Notes: a model not told the origin generated them from the sequence alone. A stretch of DNA of 64,000 nucleotides from Candidatus Bathyarchaeota archaeon (GCA_963775895.1 CAVZKL010000017.1:32001-96000), one strand, 5' to 3'; shown: positions 1-10,227, counted from the stretch's first letter. Program-made: numbers and translations.

Positions 1-21
1 TCTCAGATAGTAAAAGAGGCA

Positions 22-916
22 ATGGAAGCTCCTCTTGCTGGCTTCAATAAGACCGTCGAGGACGCAACTCAGCTGCTTCGAGACGAAAACGCCAAAGTTG
101 GAAACCTCGAAATCATCGGGCGGTTCGTTAGAATGGAGCCGTCGGGCGAGGCGGTGATAATAGGCGATCTGCACGGAGATCTTGAGAGTCTTGTTCACAT
201 TCTGCAAGAGAGCAGCATTCTTCAAAGAATGGATAAATCCGATTCTGTTCATCTTGTCTTTCTAGGTGACTATGGGGATCGAGGAGACTTTTTCTTCAGA
301 AGTAATATGCACCGTTCTGAAACTCAAGCTTCATTTTCCGGCCCAGGTCATCTTGATGAGAGGAAACCATGAAGGACCTAAAGACATTATGGCCTATCCT
401 CATGACTTGCCATCTCAACTGAAGTATAGATTCGGCAAGGATTGGACTGCTGCGTATGACAGAATCTTTGAGCTGTTTCGATATCTCTACACCTCGGTCT
501 TGGTGAGGAACACGTGTCTGATGGTTCACGGCGGTCCATCCGAACAAGTCCATACGGTTGAAGATCTAGCCTACGCTCATGTGAGTCATCCCAAAACCTC
601 CATGCTCGAAGACATTCTTTGGAGCGATCCTTCAGATTCTATCAGAGGAGTTTATCCTTCCCCTAGAGGTGCTGGCAAACTCTTCGGAAAAGACGTGACG
701 GCGAGATTTTTGAAGATCTTCAAAGTCAGGATTCTCGTGAGGGGTCACGAATCTTGTAACGATGGTTTCAAAATCGATCACGATGACAGGGTACTAACGC
801 TGTTTTCAAGAAAGGGTCCACCCTATTTCAACGTCCATGGCGCCTACTTGGACCTCATGTTGTCTAAAGAATTCCAAAACGCGACGCATATGATTCCGTA
901 CGTTCACGAATTTTGA
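22..916 (+). CDS. PPP-family serine/threonine protein phosphatase (metallophosphoesterase), split by a frameshift near 290
   Basis: GDLHG and GDYGDRG motifs in ORF 22..372; RGNHE, VHGG, DILWSDP, SPRGAG and RGHE motifs in ORF 266..916. The break falls in a T run. Confidence 0.85.
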
Positions 917-923
917 TTGTTCA

Positions 924-1871
924 TTGAACCTCGGAAACTTTAAGAACGTCGCGAAACGCATTTTTCACAGACTCAAGACAACGGAGAGTGGTTTTCTGAG
1001 ATTCGGTATCGTTACTCGAAACAAAGAAGCCTACAGTTCATCTCAGCTGCAGAAAGCTTTGAAAAGGCGTGGGCTTGACTGCGTATGCTTTACGTTCCCA
1101 AAATTGATTGCCCACGTAGGATTCAAACCTATGGCCAAAGTCGCCGAACTTGACATCAGCGAGTTGAATGCGCTCATAATTCGTCCGATCGGACGAGGTT
1201 CTCTTGAAGAGCTGGTTTTCAGAATGGATGTTCTGTACGCTCTCCAGCGTGCAGGCTTGTACATCGTGAATCCGCCGCAAGCCATTGAACACTGCGTCGA
1301 CAAGTACGACATACTTACGCTCATGGAAGAGAATGGGATTCCTGTGCCACGCACTGCGACAACCGAAAGCTTGGACGAGGCACTGAAGGCTTTCAAAGAG
1401 CTTGGAAATGATGTGGTGGTTAAGCCCTTGTTCGGCTCGAGAGGAGTTGGTGCCACGAGAGTGAATGACGCCGAGGTGGCTGTAACAGTCTTTCGGGCAA
1501 TACTGTTCTATCATGGTGTCATCTACATTCAAGAGTTTGTGAATCACGGGTTCTCGGATATCCGTGCCTTCGTGATTGGCAACCGGGTTGTTGCCGCGAT
1601 GCGGCGTGTTGCTAAGGATTGGAAAACGAACTACAGCCAAGGAGCCAAAGCAAAACGTACCAAGCTTGAGAAAACCCTCGAAGATCTCGCCATCAAATCA
1701 GCAAGAGCCATAGACTGTAAGATAGCTGGAGTCGACATATTGGAAAGTCCGTCAGGGCCCGTTGTCGTCGAGGTCAACAGTCAACCTGGATGGAGAGGAT
1801 TACAATCAGTGGCAACAGTCAACATTGCAGACGAAATCATTGCCTTCGTACTATCAGAGCTGAAGAAGTGA
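924..1871 (+). CDS. RimK-family ATP-grasp alpha-L-glutamate ligase (MptN-like)
   Basis: KPLFGSRGVG, IQEFV, DIRAFVIG, WKTNYSQG, GVDILES and EVNSQPG motifs. Confidence 0.85.
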   Translation: MNLGNFKNVAKRIFHRLKTTESGFLRFGIVTRNKEAYSSSQLQKALKRRGLDCVCFTFPKLIAHVGFKPMAKVAELDISELNALIIRPIGRGSLEELVFRMDVLYALQRAGLYIVNPPQAIEHCVDKYDILTLMEENGIPVPRTATTESLDEALKAFKELGNDVVVKPLFGSRGVGATRVNDAEVAVTVFRAILFYHGVIYIQEFVNHGFSDIRAFVIGNRVVAAMRRVAKDWKTNYSQGAKAKRTKLEKTLEDLAIKSARAIDCKIAGVDILESPSGPVVVEVNSQPGWRGLQSVATVNIADEIIAFVLSELKK

Positions 1872-1876
1872 AGGGT

Positions 1877-2659
1877 ATGTTAGAGGTTGAGGTTGTTAGA
1901 GTCGACGTTTCAACTAAGATGGTTCAGAAAACGACAGACCTTGTGGCCGAAGAGAGACCGCTTCACGTGTTTCTGAACCGGACCCATTACGCTACGATTT
2001 TCTGTTCTCCAACTGACCTTAAGGAACTCGCGGTTGGACACGCTCTATCTGAGGGAATAGTGAAATCTCCAGAGGAGATAGAAGAGATCATTCTGGAAGA
2101 GCATGGAATCTGTCGCGTGCGCTTAAAAGACGAAGTCGAACTTCCAAAAAGGCTGAAACTTTCGAAACAGTTCTCTCGCATCATTTTCTCGGCGTGCGGA
2201 AGCCAAGAACCCTTCCGGCCAACCGTGCGGCTTCACAAAATCGAATCTACGTTAAAGGTCAGAGCTGAGACTTTGCTGAATTGCGTGGCCAACCTAAATC
2301 ATGTTGCGGAGACTTTCAGAAAAACGGGTGGGACTCATGTCGCTGCTGTCTACACGCGCGACGGGGATCTCTTGGCTTTAGCGGAGGATGTCGGTCGTCA
2401 CAACGCGGTTGATAAGGTTATTGGTATTTGTGCGTTGAAGAAGGTCGACTTTGACGAATGCTTCTTAGCCCTCAGCGGGCGTTTGACAGGCGACATCGTC
2501 TTCAAGGCTGCAAGGATGGGCATTCCTATCGTAGGTTCTTTGTCTGCAGCAATAGATTCTGGGATCAATATAGCAAAGGATATTGATTTGACTTTAGTGG
2601 GTTTTGTTCGCGGCAAGCGCATGAACGTCTACAGTTTCGCTGAAAGAATCCTCTCGTAA
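1877..2659 (+). CDS. fdhD: Formate dehydrogenase accessory sulfurtransferase FdhD
   Basis: VAEERPL, SACG, FRKTGGTH, EDVGRHNAVDK and TLVGFVRG motifs; ATG at 1877 chosen as the likely start. Confidence 0.9.
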   Translation: MLEVEVVRVDVSTKMVQKTTDLVAEERPLHVFLNRTHYATIFCSPTDLKELAVGHALSEGIVKSPEEIEEIILEEHGICRVRLKDEVELPKRLKLSKQFSRIIFSACGSQEPFRPTVRLHKIESTLKVRAETLLNCVANLNHVAETFRKTGGTHVAAVYTRDGDLLALAEDVGRHNAVDKVIGICALKKVDFDECFLALSGRLTGDIVFKAARMGIPIVGSLSAAIDSGINIAKDIDLTLVGFVRGKRMNVYSFAERILS

Positions 2660-3633
2660 GGGTCTTGTGCCTCTTCTGGAAAAGAGACTTCTTTTCCCTT
2701 CGTGACTAGAATTCGATCTTTCATCTTTGTGAAAGTGCCCAAAAAGCTGGTCTGCAGATCGTTCTGTTCCATCGTTTTCACTATCTGAAGAGTTTTTTCA
2801 GGGCTGATGCTAGCCACGATGGTGCCAGTTGAAGACATTGAAAGCAGCTGCTCGTTTGACAGGTCAAAGTACTCCTGCAATTTGATTGCCTCTTTGCAAA
2901 TGGGGATCTTCTTGAAGTCTATTCTGAAACCGACTTTGGAAGCTTCAGCCATCTCGTTCAGGGCAGCAGTCAAGCCTCCTTCGGTCGCGTCGTGCATAGC
3001 ATGGGCATAGCCTGTCTTTGAAAGCAGCAGTGCTTCTTTCACGCAGCTTTGCAGGGTAACCTGCCCTCTGAGTTCTCTTGCTCTTTCTGCTCCGAAGATC
3101 TTCTTCGCCAATTCTCGATGGGTTATTGCGAAGTTGACGGCCAATTCCAAGCCTATGGGCTTTGTGCACAGTACTAGATCACCTGGTCTAGCACCGGCTG
3201 GAGTAATCAGTTTGTCTTCTTTTATGATGCCGTAGGCCGTACAGACTCCGACTGGAACAAGCAGACCACGGTAAGTTCCGGTGTGTCCTGTTATTATTGT
3301 CATTCCAAGTTCGTCAGCAGCCTTGCACGTCTGGTTCATGATCTTCTGGAAAGTCTCTGGACTCGTCGATGGTGGACCTAAAAGGTTGACAGTGCAGAAC
3401 TGCGGCTTGGCACCGAACAAGGCGACGTCCGAGGAAGCATAATGTATCAGTAACCAGCCGAACCACTCTGTGGGAACACCGATACAAGGGTCAGTCGAGA
3501 TAACCAAGCACTGCCCGCCAGGTAGTCGGTGGACGCCCGAATCGAAACCGGGCAGTGGAGGCACCACCACGTTGGGATCTTTCTTAATGCAACTGAGTAA
3601 TCTCGCAAGGTCTTCAGTGGCAAGCTTTCCCAT
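2629..3633 (-). CDS. AIR synthase-related protein (PurM/HypE/ThiL superfamily)
   Basis: N-terminal MGKL, STDP, TGHTG, ARPGD and AMHDATEGG motifs. Confidence 0.8.
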   Translation of the reverse strand: MGKLATEDLARLLSCIKKDPNVVVPPLPGFDSGVHRLPGGQCLVISTDPCIGVPTEWFGWLLIHYASSDVALFGAKPQFCTVNLLGPPSTSPETFQKIMNQTCKAADELGMTIITGHTGTYRGLLVPVGVCTAYGIIKEDKLITPAGARPGDLVLCTKPIGLELAVNFAITHRELAKKIFGAERARELRGQVTLQSCVKEALLLSKTGYAHAMHDATEGGLTAALNEMAEASKVGFRIDFKKIPICKEAIKLQEYFDLSNEQLLSMSSTGTIVASISPEKTLQIVKTMEQNDLQTSFLGTFTKMKDRILVTKGKEVSFPEEAQDPYERILSAKL

Positions 3634-3775
3634 TTCACGTCTGGCCTCTCTGCATTTATTGCGTCATGCGGCGCTTATTAGTTGGTGTGAAAGCCTTCCA
3701 TCCAAGAGGTTTTTTGCACCTTCCACCTTCGAGGTAAGACGCGGTTAAGGTGTAGTGTTATCGATCGGCAAATTG

Positions 3776-4318
3776 TCAACGGCCATAGGTAAATATGCTC
3801 CTCGCTGAAAGCAAGAGGGCAGTCATGATTGCCAAGCTTATTCCCAACTCTGGCAAGAGGTAGGCTCCGTTGTAGATTATGGAGTATATCACGGGGTTGA
3901 GGGATCCTGCGTTCATGTACCAAAAGAAGACACCTGAAAGAAAATGTGCAATGAAACGACCGAATACACCTACTACGACTCCAATGATTGGCCCTACTGT
4001 TCGCCACTTTCTAAACAAACCTGCCAATCCTAGGGCTCCAAACGCAATCGGATAATCCAATAACACCTGCACGGGACTTACAAGAAATGGTTCAAAAACC
4101 ATCACGACAAAACCAAAAACCACTCCTGCGTAAGTCCCGATTAGTGCGCCTCTTCGAAGAGAAAGCACGAAAATGGGAACCATGCAGCCAAGAGTTATTT
4201 CTCCTCCGTTTGGAAACTGATACAGTTTAATGTTAAACAAAACCGTTGCCAAGGCAACAAAAGAAACTACTTCGGCAAGAATTCTTGGATCAAACCTTGT
4301 TTCTGACTTCAACTTCAA
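3776..4318 (-). CDS. thiT: Energy-coupled thiamine transporter S-component ThiT
   Basis: FPNGGEIT, QVLLDYPIAF, GRFIAHFLSGV and YSIIYN motifs; about 6 TM segments; TPP riboswitch directly upstream. Confidence 0.9.
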   Translation of the reverse strand: MKLKSETRFDPRILAEVVSFVALATVLFNIKLYQFPNGGEITLGCMVPIFVLSLRRGALIGTYAGVVFGFVVMVFEPFLVSPVQVLLDYPIAFGALGLAGLFRKWRTVGPIIGVVVGVFGRFIAHFLSGVFFWYMNAGSLNPVIYSIIYNGAYLLPELGISLAIMTALLLSARSIFTYGR

Positions 4319-4418
4319 TTCTATCCCTCCGCCAGTATTACCTGGATCAGGTTCTATGGGTCGACGATGCTCAATCGTCCTCTCAGCCGGGTCACGTGCC
4401 CAGCTCCCCCTTAAACCT
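4316..4418 (-). ncRNA. TPP riboswitch (THI box)
   Basis: The minus strand reads GGGGGAGCTG..CGGCTGAGAG..GACCCATAGAACCTGATCCAGGTAATACTGGCGGAGGGA, matching the conserved CUGAGA, ACCUGA and TAAT..GCG.AGGGA elements; it lies upstream of thiT. Confidence 0.92.
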
Positions 4419-4471
4419 ATGAGGACAATTGTTATCTATCCATAAATAAAGCTTCTGGGTGATACTCTGTA

Positions 4472-4640
4472 TCATGGTTTGTCTTTTGCGTTGAGCAGTT
4501 CTTTCCTCATCATGTCTTTCAGGGCTACGCTTAAGTTTTCGATTTGTTCCTCTTCGCACGATGCGGGACCTGTACAGGCTGTGTATGGGCGGGTCAAGGC
4601 CTCTCTGGTCAAGACTTCTTCAGGGTTCAAACTCCGCGCG
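4472..4640 (-). pseudogene. 3' gene remnant resembling the C-terminal tail of archaeal site-specific integrases
   Basis: Reads ARSLNPEEVLTREALTRP..EEEQIENLSVALKDMMRKELL*, with no start codon, beginning at CGCGCG (4635-4640). Family resemblance is recalled, not searched. Confidence 0.4.
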
Positions 4641-4653
4641 GTTCTGACGTATG

Positions 4654-4905
4654 CTAGAGGATCAGTCCCATGATTATTTCCAATACTCCAAATACTGCTC
4701 CTATACCATAGAAAACGGTCATCAATGAAACATTGTTTGGAGGCAAGTTAGCAAACGAAGCAGCAGACACATACTCTATTAGTAAAAGAATTGTTCCAAG
4801 ACACGTTAAGATTCTGATGAGTATGAGTACGTGACCCACCACTCTGGGAAGAGTTTTGGTTCTGTCTCTGGTTTTCTCTTTGGTTTTGTCGTTTCTGGTT
4901 TTCAC
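4654..4905 (-). CDS. Small membrane protein (2 TM, KTR-repeat N-terminus)
   Basis: ORF track; two hydrophobic segments. Confidence 0.55.
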   Translation of the reverse strand: MKTRNDKTKEKTRDRTKTLPRVVGHVLILIRILTCLGTILLLIEYVSAASFANLPPNNVSLMTVFYGIGAVFGVLEIIMGLIL

Positions 4906-4969
4906 TCATTCTTTTAGTTCCTAGTTTGTCTTCTGTTTGTCGTGCAGCGCGCGCTTGCAGATCAGCTTT

Positions 4970-5347
4970 TCATAGCACGCGTGATTTCATAGTGTGAGCG
5001 CGTGTTTCGTCAAGGTACTGTCGAATTTTCTCTATGCCTTGATATTTTTTTCCTTGAACTATTGCTGTTGGAGTTTTCCGAATTCCCCGTACAAACGCTT
5101 TGATCAAGTCAATCGTTCTTGAAGTATCAAGCAATTTGACCTCTTCACCAGATTCCTTCACTAATGGTTCCAACAGCTCTAAGGCTTGAAAATCCTCTGG
5201 TGAAAGAATTCGTCCCTTAAAAGATGATGCAAGACCTTTCACGAGTCCTTCCGATGTGCCTGGACGGCAGTGGGAGTGTGCGCTTGTTTCTCGGTACGCA
5301 TCCATATCTACGCTCTCGGAATATGAGCGCACATAGATTTCGATCAC
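4970..5347 (-). CDS. Hypothetical protein, possibly thioredoxin/glutaredoxin-like fold
   Basis: ORF track; IEIYVR first strand and GIRKTPTAIVQGKKYQG cis-Pro-loop-like motif. Confidence 0.55.
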   Translation of the reverse strand: MIEIYVRSYSESVDMDAYRETSAHSHCRPGTSEGLVKGLASSFKGRILSPEDFQALELLEPLVKESGEEVKLLDTSRTIDLIKAFVRGIRKTPTAIVQGKKYQGIEKIRQYLDETRAHTMKSRVL

Positions 5348-5430
5348 AGAGCTTCTCCATCTCTATTAAGCGTTATGAATATTAACGTCTAACGTTTCGC
5401 GAGCGCTGACAGCACTGTGAAGATTTTCGT

Positions 5431-5733
5431 TCAGAAGAATCTCTGCTTCTTTCCTTGTAGAGGTATGGTAATGAAGAAAGCTATCCAACAGATTCCGATG
5501 AAGAGGGCAGAGCCGAAGAGAAAATTCCTTAGTGGATGCATATATGGAAGCCAATTTATGAGGACGTCAGGGTTTAGTTTTCGGTACAACTCAACTATCT
5601 CTGGCTGCTGTGAATTAACCCCCTGTTCTACACCAGCTACATAGGCTACTGCCATTGTCAAAACAACAGTTCCTATGGCTAGGAAGACTACCATCAACCT
5701 TAACATCTTATCCACGGCTTTTAACCCATCCAA
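5431..5733 (-). CDS. Small 2-TM membrane protein
   Basis: ORF track; two hydrophobic helices. Confidence 0.55.
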   Translation of the reverse strand: MDGLKAVDKMLRLMVVFLAIGTVVLTMAVAYVAGVEQGVNSQQPEIVELYRKLNPDVLINWLPYMHPLRNFLFGSALFIGICWIAFFITIPLQGKKQRFF

Positions 5734-5922
5734 GAAATGATTAGCTTGGCTCCCGTATAATCCTAGAGATTAGAACAGAAAATCCAGAGATTAGGACACG
5801 GGCGGAGTCTCTGTTTCCTAGTCAATTGCTTTCACTCATATGTTGTTCTTTTGATATGGCAAGTTTCTACGAAAACCCGACTTTGCGGGAGATATTCCGT
5901 TTTCTTTGCTCGTACATGTCAA

Positions 5923-5956
5923 GTTTGGGTTTGGGTTTTGGTTTGGGCGCGCGCGC
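5923..5956. repeat. (GTTTGG)x4 imperfect tandem repeat fused to a (GC)5 tract
   Basis: gtttgg gtttgg gttttg gtttgg gcgcgcgcgc read directly. Confidence 0.8.
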
Positions 5957-6014
5957 ACTATTTCAGGGACTCCTTAGAAGTATGGTATCACCCAGAATCT
6001 TTGCTCCGAAAATC

Positions 6015-6578
6015 TCAGTTTTTGGAAGCTTGGAGATCTGTCTTTTTCTCGTGGCTCAATAGACTCAGTGTGAAGGCGGCTATGAAGAGCAGCATTGAGG
6101 GATATGTAAGCCAGTAGCCTTGTTGATAGGAGATTTCCCAAGATCTAAAACTCGTGCCCACGTAGACCATTAATGCAGTGACCGTTGGGCATAGGATTGC
6201 TGGGGCAAGAGCCAGAATCCTCTTGTTGAGAAAAACAGAAGCTACTCCAGTAATCAACGTCAGGATTTGAGCTACAAGCATGAATACAAACACCAATGGA
6301 AGCTCGGATTTATAGGCATATTCTTTGACCCAATAGTCATAGAACCAATATTCAACAGTCTGATTAAGGAACAGGGATCTAACCTGTTGGGTGGAACACT
6401 TTAACGACCAATAACTAGTTCGATCCGAATCCTCAGGAATAATGCTTGCGGGACGAATTTCATGAAGAAAAGGAAAAATGGTTGAGCCTAGGAAAAGCAA
6501 GCATCCAAGTATGAGCAGGACCATTCTCAATATGCCCATGTGCTTAACAGAGTTGCCTTTTGAATCAACCATTATCAA
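6015..6578 (-). CDS. Hypothetical 4-TM membrane protein
   Basis: ORF track; four hydrophobic segments with a large first loop. Confidence 0.65.
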   Translation of the reverse strand: MIMVDSKGNSVKHMGILRMVLLILGCLLFLGSTIFPFLHEIRPASIIPEDSDRTSYWSLKCSTQQVRSLFLNQTVEYWFYDYWVKEYAYKSELPLVFVFMLVAQILTLITGVASVFLNKRILALAPAILCPTVTALMVYVGTSFRSWEISYQQGYWLTYPSMLLFIAAFTLSLLSHEKKTDLQASKN

Positions 6579-6684
6579 AACCCCATCTGAAGAATATACT
6601 TCGATTCTCTTATAATTCCACGTTTTAGAACAGAGCGTTCTTACAATTCTTCAGGTAAATGATAGACTTTAGAGGTGTGGTGAA

Positions 6685-6864
6685 ATGGGAATTGACGCGC
6701 GTGCTGTGATCGGTGTTCTAGCGGCTGTGTCCATAATAGTGATTGGAATAACCATAATGACGTATCTTAATTCCATAAATCCACTTGGCGCAATTCTCGG
6801 TATAATAGTGCTAATAGCCGTAGCCATTGCCATAGTTGTCGGCTTCGCTCGATCACATACCTAA
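6685..6864 (+). CDS. 59-aa 2-TM membrane protein (not in ORF track)
   Basis: MGIDARAVIGVLAAVSIIVIG...FARSHT*; GAGGTG/GGTGA SD-like sequence upstream; TAA followed immediately by CGCGCGC. Confidence 0.6.
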   Translation: MGIDARAVIGVLAAVSIIVIGITIMTYLNSINPLGAILGIIVLIAVAIAIVVGFARSHT

Positions 6865-6988
6865 CGCGCGCTAGAATATGTGTTTCGTTGCTTCTTGCTT
6901 GGATTGAGTGAGGATTGCGTGTTAGTGTTGAAGTGCGTCCAGAAGGCTTTTTTAGCCGTACATTTACTTTTCCTAGACATAATCCAAT

Positions 6989-9481
6989 TTGCTTCAGGAC
7001 GTTGTCAACGTGAAGAAAGCACTGCCAAAACTCGATATTCCAGTGATTGAAAAGAAATGGCAGAATGAATGGGAAAAACGCCGCGCTTACCTTTTTGACT
7101 GGAAGGACCATAAACGACCTAGCTTCAGCATCGACACTCCGCCGCCCTATCCGTCCGGTGAGTTTCACGTTGGAACAGTTCTGAACTGGACCTACATCGA
7201 CATAGTGGCACGTTACAAACGTATGCGTGGTTTTAACGTTCATTTTCCTCAAGGTTGGGACTGCCACGGTTTGCCAGTTGAGGTTGAAGTGGAAAAACAG
7301 CACAACATCAAGAAAACCGACGTCCCACCAGACCAGTTCAGTAAACTCTGTGAGCAGTTAGTGAACGAGAACATAGCTTCTATGAAAGATTCTATGGTAC
7401 GCATGGGTTTTTCGATGGATTGGACAACAGAGTTCAAGACGATGGACCCTGACTACTGGAGGCGCACGCAACTTTCATTCATCATGCTGTACAACAAAGA
7501 TTTCATCTACAAAGGAACGCACCCAGTCAACTGGTGTCCTCGCTGCGAAACTGCCATAGCCGACGCTGAAGTGCGGTATGATCGCAGAAACGCCGATCTA
7601 CAACACGTCAAATTTGAGCTTGAGGACGGCGGTTCTCTTGAAATAGCCACGACAAGGCCTGAACTGATTCCCGCATGCGTTAGCGTTGCGGTTCATCCTG
7701 ATGACGATCGCTACAAAAAGTACGTCGGAAAACGGGTCAAAGTACCTACAACAGGTCGAGCTGTTGAAATCTTGGCCGACGATATGGTCGATCCAAAATT
7801 CGGAACTGGCGTGGTGATGATCTGCACTTACGGTGATAAGGCTGACGTAAAAACAGTCATGAAACATCATTTGCCAGTGATAATGTGCATAGATGAGAAA
7901 GGCAGAATGACGAAGAACGCAGGGAAGTACGCGGGCCTGTCAACTGGAAACGCCAAGAAGGCTATTCTGGAAGACCTGAAGCTTCAGAGGCTGGTCGATA
8001 GGACCGAAAGCCTGGAGCAGGAAGTCAGCATCTGCTGGAGATGCCGGACTCCGATCGAAATTCTCGAGAGAGAACAATGGTTCATGAAAACTCGAATTCT
8101 GACGGACAAAGTGGAGAAGAATGCTCTAGAGATCACTTGGTATCCTGATTACATGAAACACCGGCTGATCGATTGGGCTCGATCACTCGAATGGGACTGG
8201 GTAATATCTCGACAACGCGTGTTTGCTACGCCAATACCGATCTGGTATTGCAAGAAATGTGGCGAAGTAATTCTTGCCAAACCCGATTGGGTGCCGATTG
8301 ACCCGCGCATTGAAAAGCCAAAAATCCAGAAGTGCCCAAAATGCGGCGGCAATGATTTCAAGCCGGAAACCGACGTGCTTGACACATGGTTCGATTCTTC
8401 GATAACATGCGCGGTCCACGCAGGATGGCCAGACAGGAAAGATTGGAGGAGACTGTTCCCTGCAGACGTTCATCCTTCAGGAGTCGACATCATACGCACA
8501 TGGGCTTACTATTTAATGGTGAGGCATCTCGCTCTGTTCGACGAGAAACCCTACAAGAGTTGCTTGATAAACGGTATGGTTCTCGGCACTGATGGACGTG
8601 AAATGCACAAGTCTCTGGGCAACTATGTTTCGTCAGTTGAAGTTCTTTCAAAATACGGCGCAGACGCGATGAGACAATGGGCCGCAGCTGGAGGGGCCAC
8701 AGGTTCAGACATATCTTTCAGGTGGCCCGACGCAGAGTATGGATGGCGTTTCTTGATCAAACTCTGGAACGCGTCGAGCTTTGTCAGTAATCTACTGAAA
8801 GACTATGAGCGGGCCGAAGACTCTGATCCAGACCTTCAGCCACTGGACAAGTGGATTTTAAGCAAGACTGAACAAATCACGCAGAAAGTGACCGAGGCCT
8901 TGGAAACGTGTCAGTTTAACATTGCCCTTGAGGAAACGCGCAACTTTACTTGGCATACGTTCTGTGACTGTTATTTAGAGGCAGTGAAGGATCGACTTTA
9001 CAGACCGGAAGTCTACGGTGAGCCAAAGAAAAGGGCAGCACAGTATACGCTGCATACGGTTCTCAAGAGGATTCTTTTGCTACTTGCACCGATGATACCT
9101 CACGTGACCGAGGAAGTGTACTCCATACTCTACGCAGAAGAAGATGAACAGACAAGCATTCATAGTTCCGCTTGGCCAGAACCTAGGAAAGCCACAATTG
9201 ACGCAGACGCAGAAAGAAAGGGCGAGATCATAATAGCAATTATAGCCGAACTTCGAAAAGAAAAAGCTGAGAAACATCTTCCGCTGAATACGCAGATCAA
9301 AAATCTGAAGATATTCACCGAAGAAAAGGACATAGCGGAAACTATCAATCAGGGAAAAGGAGACATCAAAGGAACCTGCAAAGTCGCAGAAATGCAGATC
9401 CTTTCCGAAAAAGGTGCAGGCCGAGAAATCAAACCGTACAACATCCGTTTCAGAACGGAGTTTCAACCGAAGCAAGAGTGA
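6989..9481 (+). CDS. valS: Valyl-tRNA synthetase (archaeal type)
   Basis: DTPPPYPSGEFHVG (HIGH-like), GWDCHGLP, ATTRPE editing domain, DWVISRQR and EMHKS (KMSKS-like); true start may be GTG at 7010. Confidence 0.95.
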   Translation: MLQDVVNVKKALPKLDIPVIEKKWQNEWEKRRAYLFDWKDHKRPSFSIDTPPPYPSGEFHVGTVLNWTYIDIVARYKRMRGFNVHFPQGWDCHGLPVEVEVEKQHNIKKTDVPPDQFSKLCEQLVNENIASMKDSMVRMGFSMDWTTEFKTMDPDYWRRTQLSFIMLYNKDFIYKGTHPVNWCPRCETAIADAEVRYDRRNADLQHVKFELEDGGSLEIATTRPELIPACVSVAVHPDDDRYKKYVGKRVKVPTTGRAVEILADDMVDPKFGTGVVMICTYGDKADVKTVMKHHLPVIMCIDEKGRMTKNAGKYAGLSTGNAKKAILEDLKLQRLVDRTESLEQEVSICWRCRTPIEILEREQWFMKTRILTDKVEKNALEITWYPDYMKHRLIDWARSLEWDWVISRQRVFATPIPIWYCKKCGEVILAKPDWVPIDPRIEKPKIQKCPKCGGNDFKPETDVLDTWFDSSITCAVHAGWPDRKDWRRLFPADVHPSGVDIIRTWAYYLMVRHLALFDEKPYKSCLINGMVLGTDGREMHKSLGNYVSSVEVLSKYGADAMRQWAAAGGATGSDISFRWPDAEYGWRFLIKLWNASSFVSNLLKDYERAEDSDPDLQPLDKWILSKTEQITQKVTEALETCQFNIALEETRNFTWHTFCDCYLEAVKDRLYRPEVYGEPKKRAAQYTLHTVLKRILLLLAPMIPHVTEEVYSILYAEEDEQTSIHSSAWPEPRKATIDADAERKGEIIIAIIAELRKEKAEKHLPLNTQIKNLKIFTEEKDIAETINQGKGDIKGTCKVAEMQILSEKGAGREIKPYNIRFRTEFQPKQE

Positions 9482-9487
9482 TCTACC

Positions 9488-10226
9488 GTGAAGAAGGTCG
9501 GTGTCATTGGGTGCGGCGTAATCGGGGCACTCATTGCGAAGTCATTCGCAGAAAGACTGATCCCGTGTGACGAACTAATCCTATTCGACAAAGACATTGA
9601 AAAAGCGCAGAAAATACGAAGCGTTATTGAAGGCTCCGATCACGCCTGTGAACAGTGTTGATGAGATGATCAGGGCAAAACCCGCAATCATCGTTGAAGC
9701 CGCGTCACAACAGGCCGTCAGAGAGTATCTTCACAAAATCTTGTCAGCTGACATAGAAGTCGTGATCATGAGCGTGGGCGCGCTCTTGGACATGGACTTG
9801 GAGAGTGGCAAGATTCACATACCATCCGGGGCCATCGGCGGTCTGGACGCTATTTCTACCGCTTCGCTTGCGGGAATCAAAGAAATAACTTTGACGACTA
9901 GGAAAAACCCGAAGACTCTTGACACGAGCAGCGACTTGGAGAAAATCGCTTACGAAGGGTTCGCGGAGGAAGCAGCCAAGCTTTTTCCGAGAGAAATGAA
10001 TGTTGCAGCCACTTTGGCGTTGACCGTCAAACCCCACAAAGTGAGAGTCAAGGTAATTTCAGACCCTAAGGTCATACGAAACGTTCACGAGATTCAACTG
10101 GTCTGGAAACACGGAGACATGTTCTTCCGATTCGAGAACGATCCTCATCCCGAGAATCCGGGCACGAGCGCACTGGCAGCTTGGTCAGCCATTAAGCTTA
10201 TCAGAGACCTGTTGGAAAGGAACTAG
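9488..10226 (+). CDS. nadX: L-aspartate dehydrogenase, frameshift near 9600
   Basis: GTG at 9488 gives KKVGVIGCGVIG (Rossmann motif), continuing after an A-run indel into VEAAS, PSGAIGGLD and NPGTSALAA. Confidence 0.85.
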
Positions 10227-10227
10227 G

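Noticed and set aside
5386-5434. attC-like hairpin (GTCTAAC..GTTCAGA); also CTAACGCGC..GCGTGTTAG at about 6861-6925
   Set aside because: The first is shorter than typical attC sites and has a non-consensus R box; the second lacks internal pairing; no intI is present in the window
5882-5893. 12-mer TTTGCGGGAGAT shared with 47063-47074, both in islands
   Set aside because: Exact 12-mer matches are expected by chance in 64 kb and the flanks do not align
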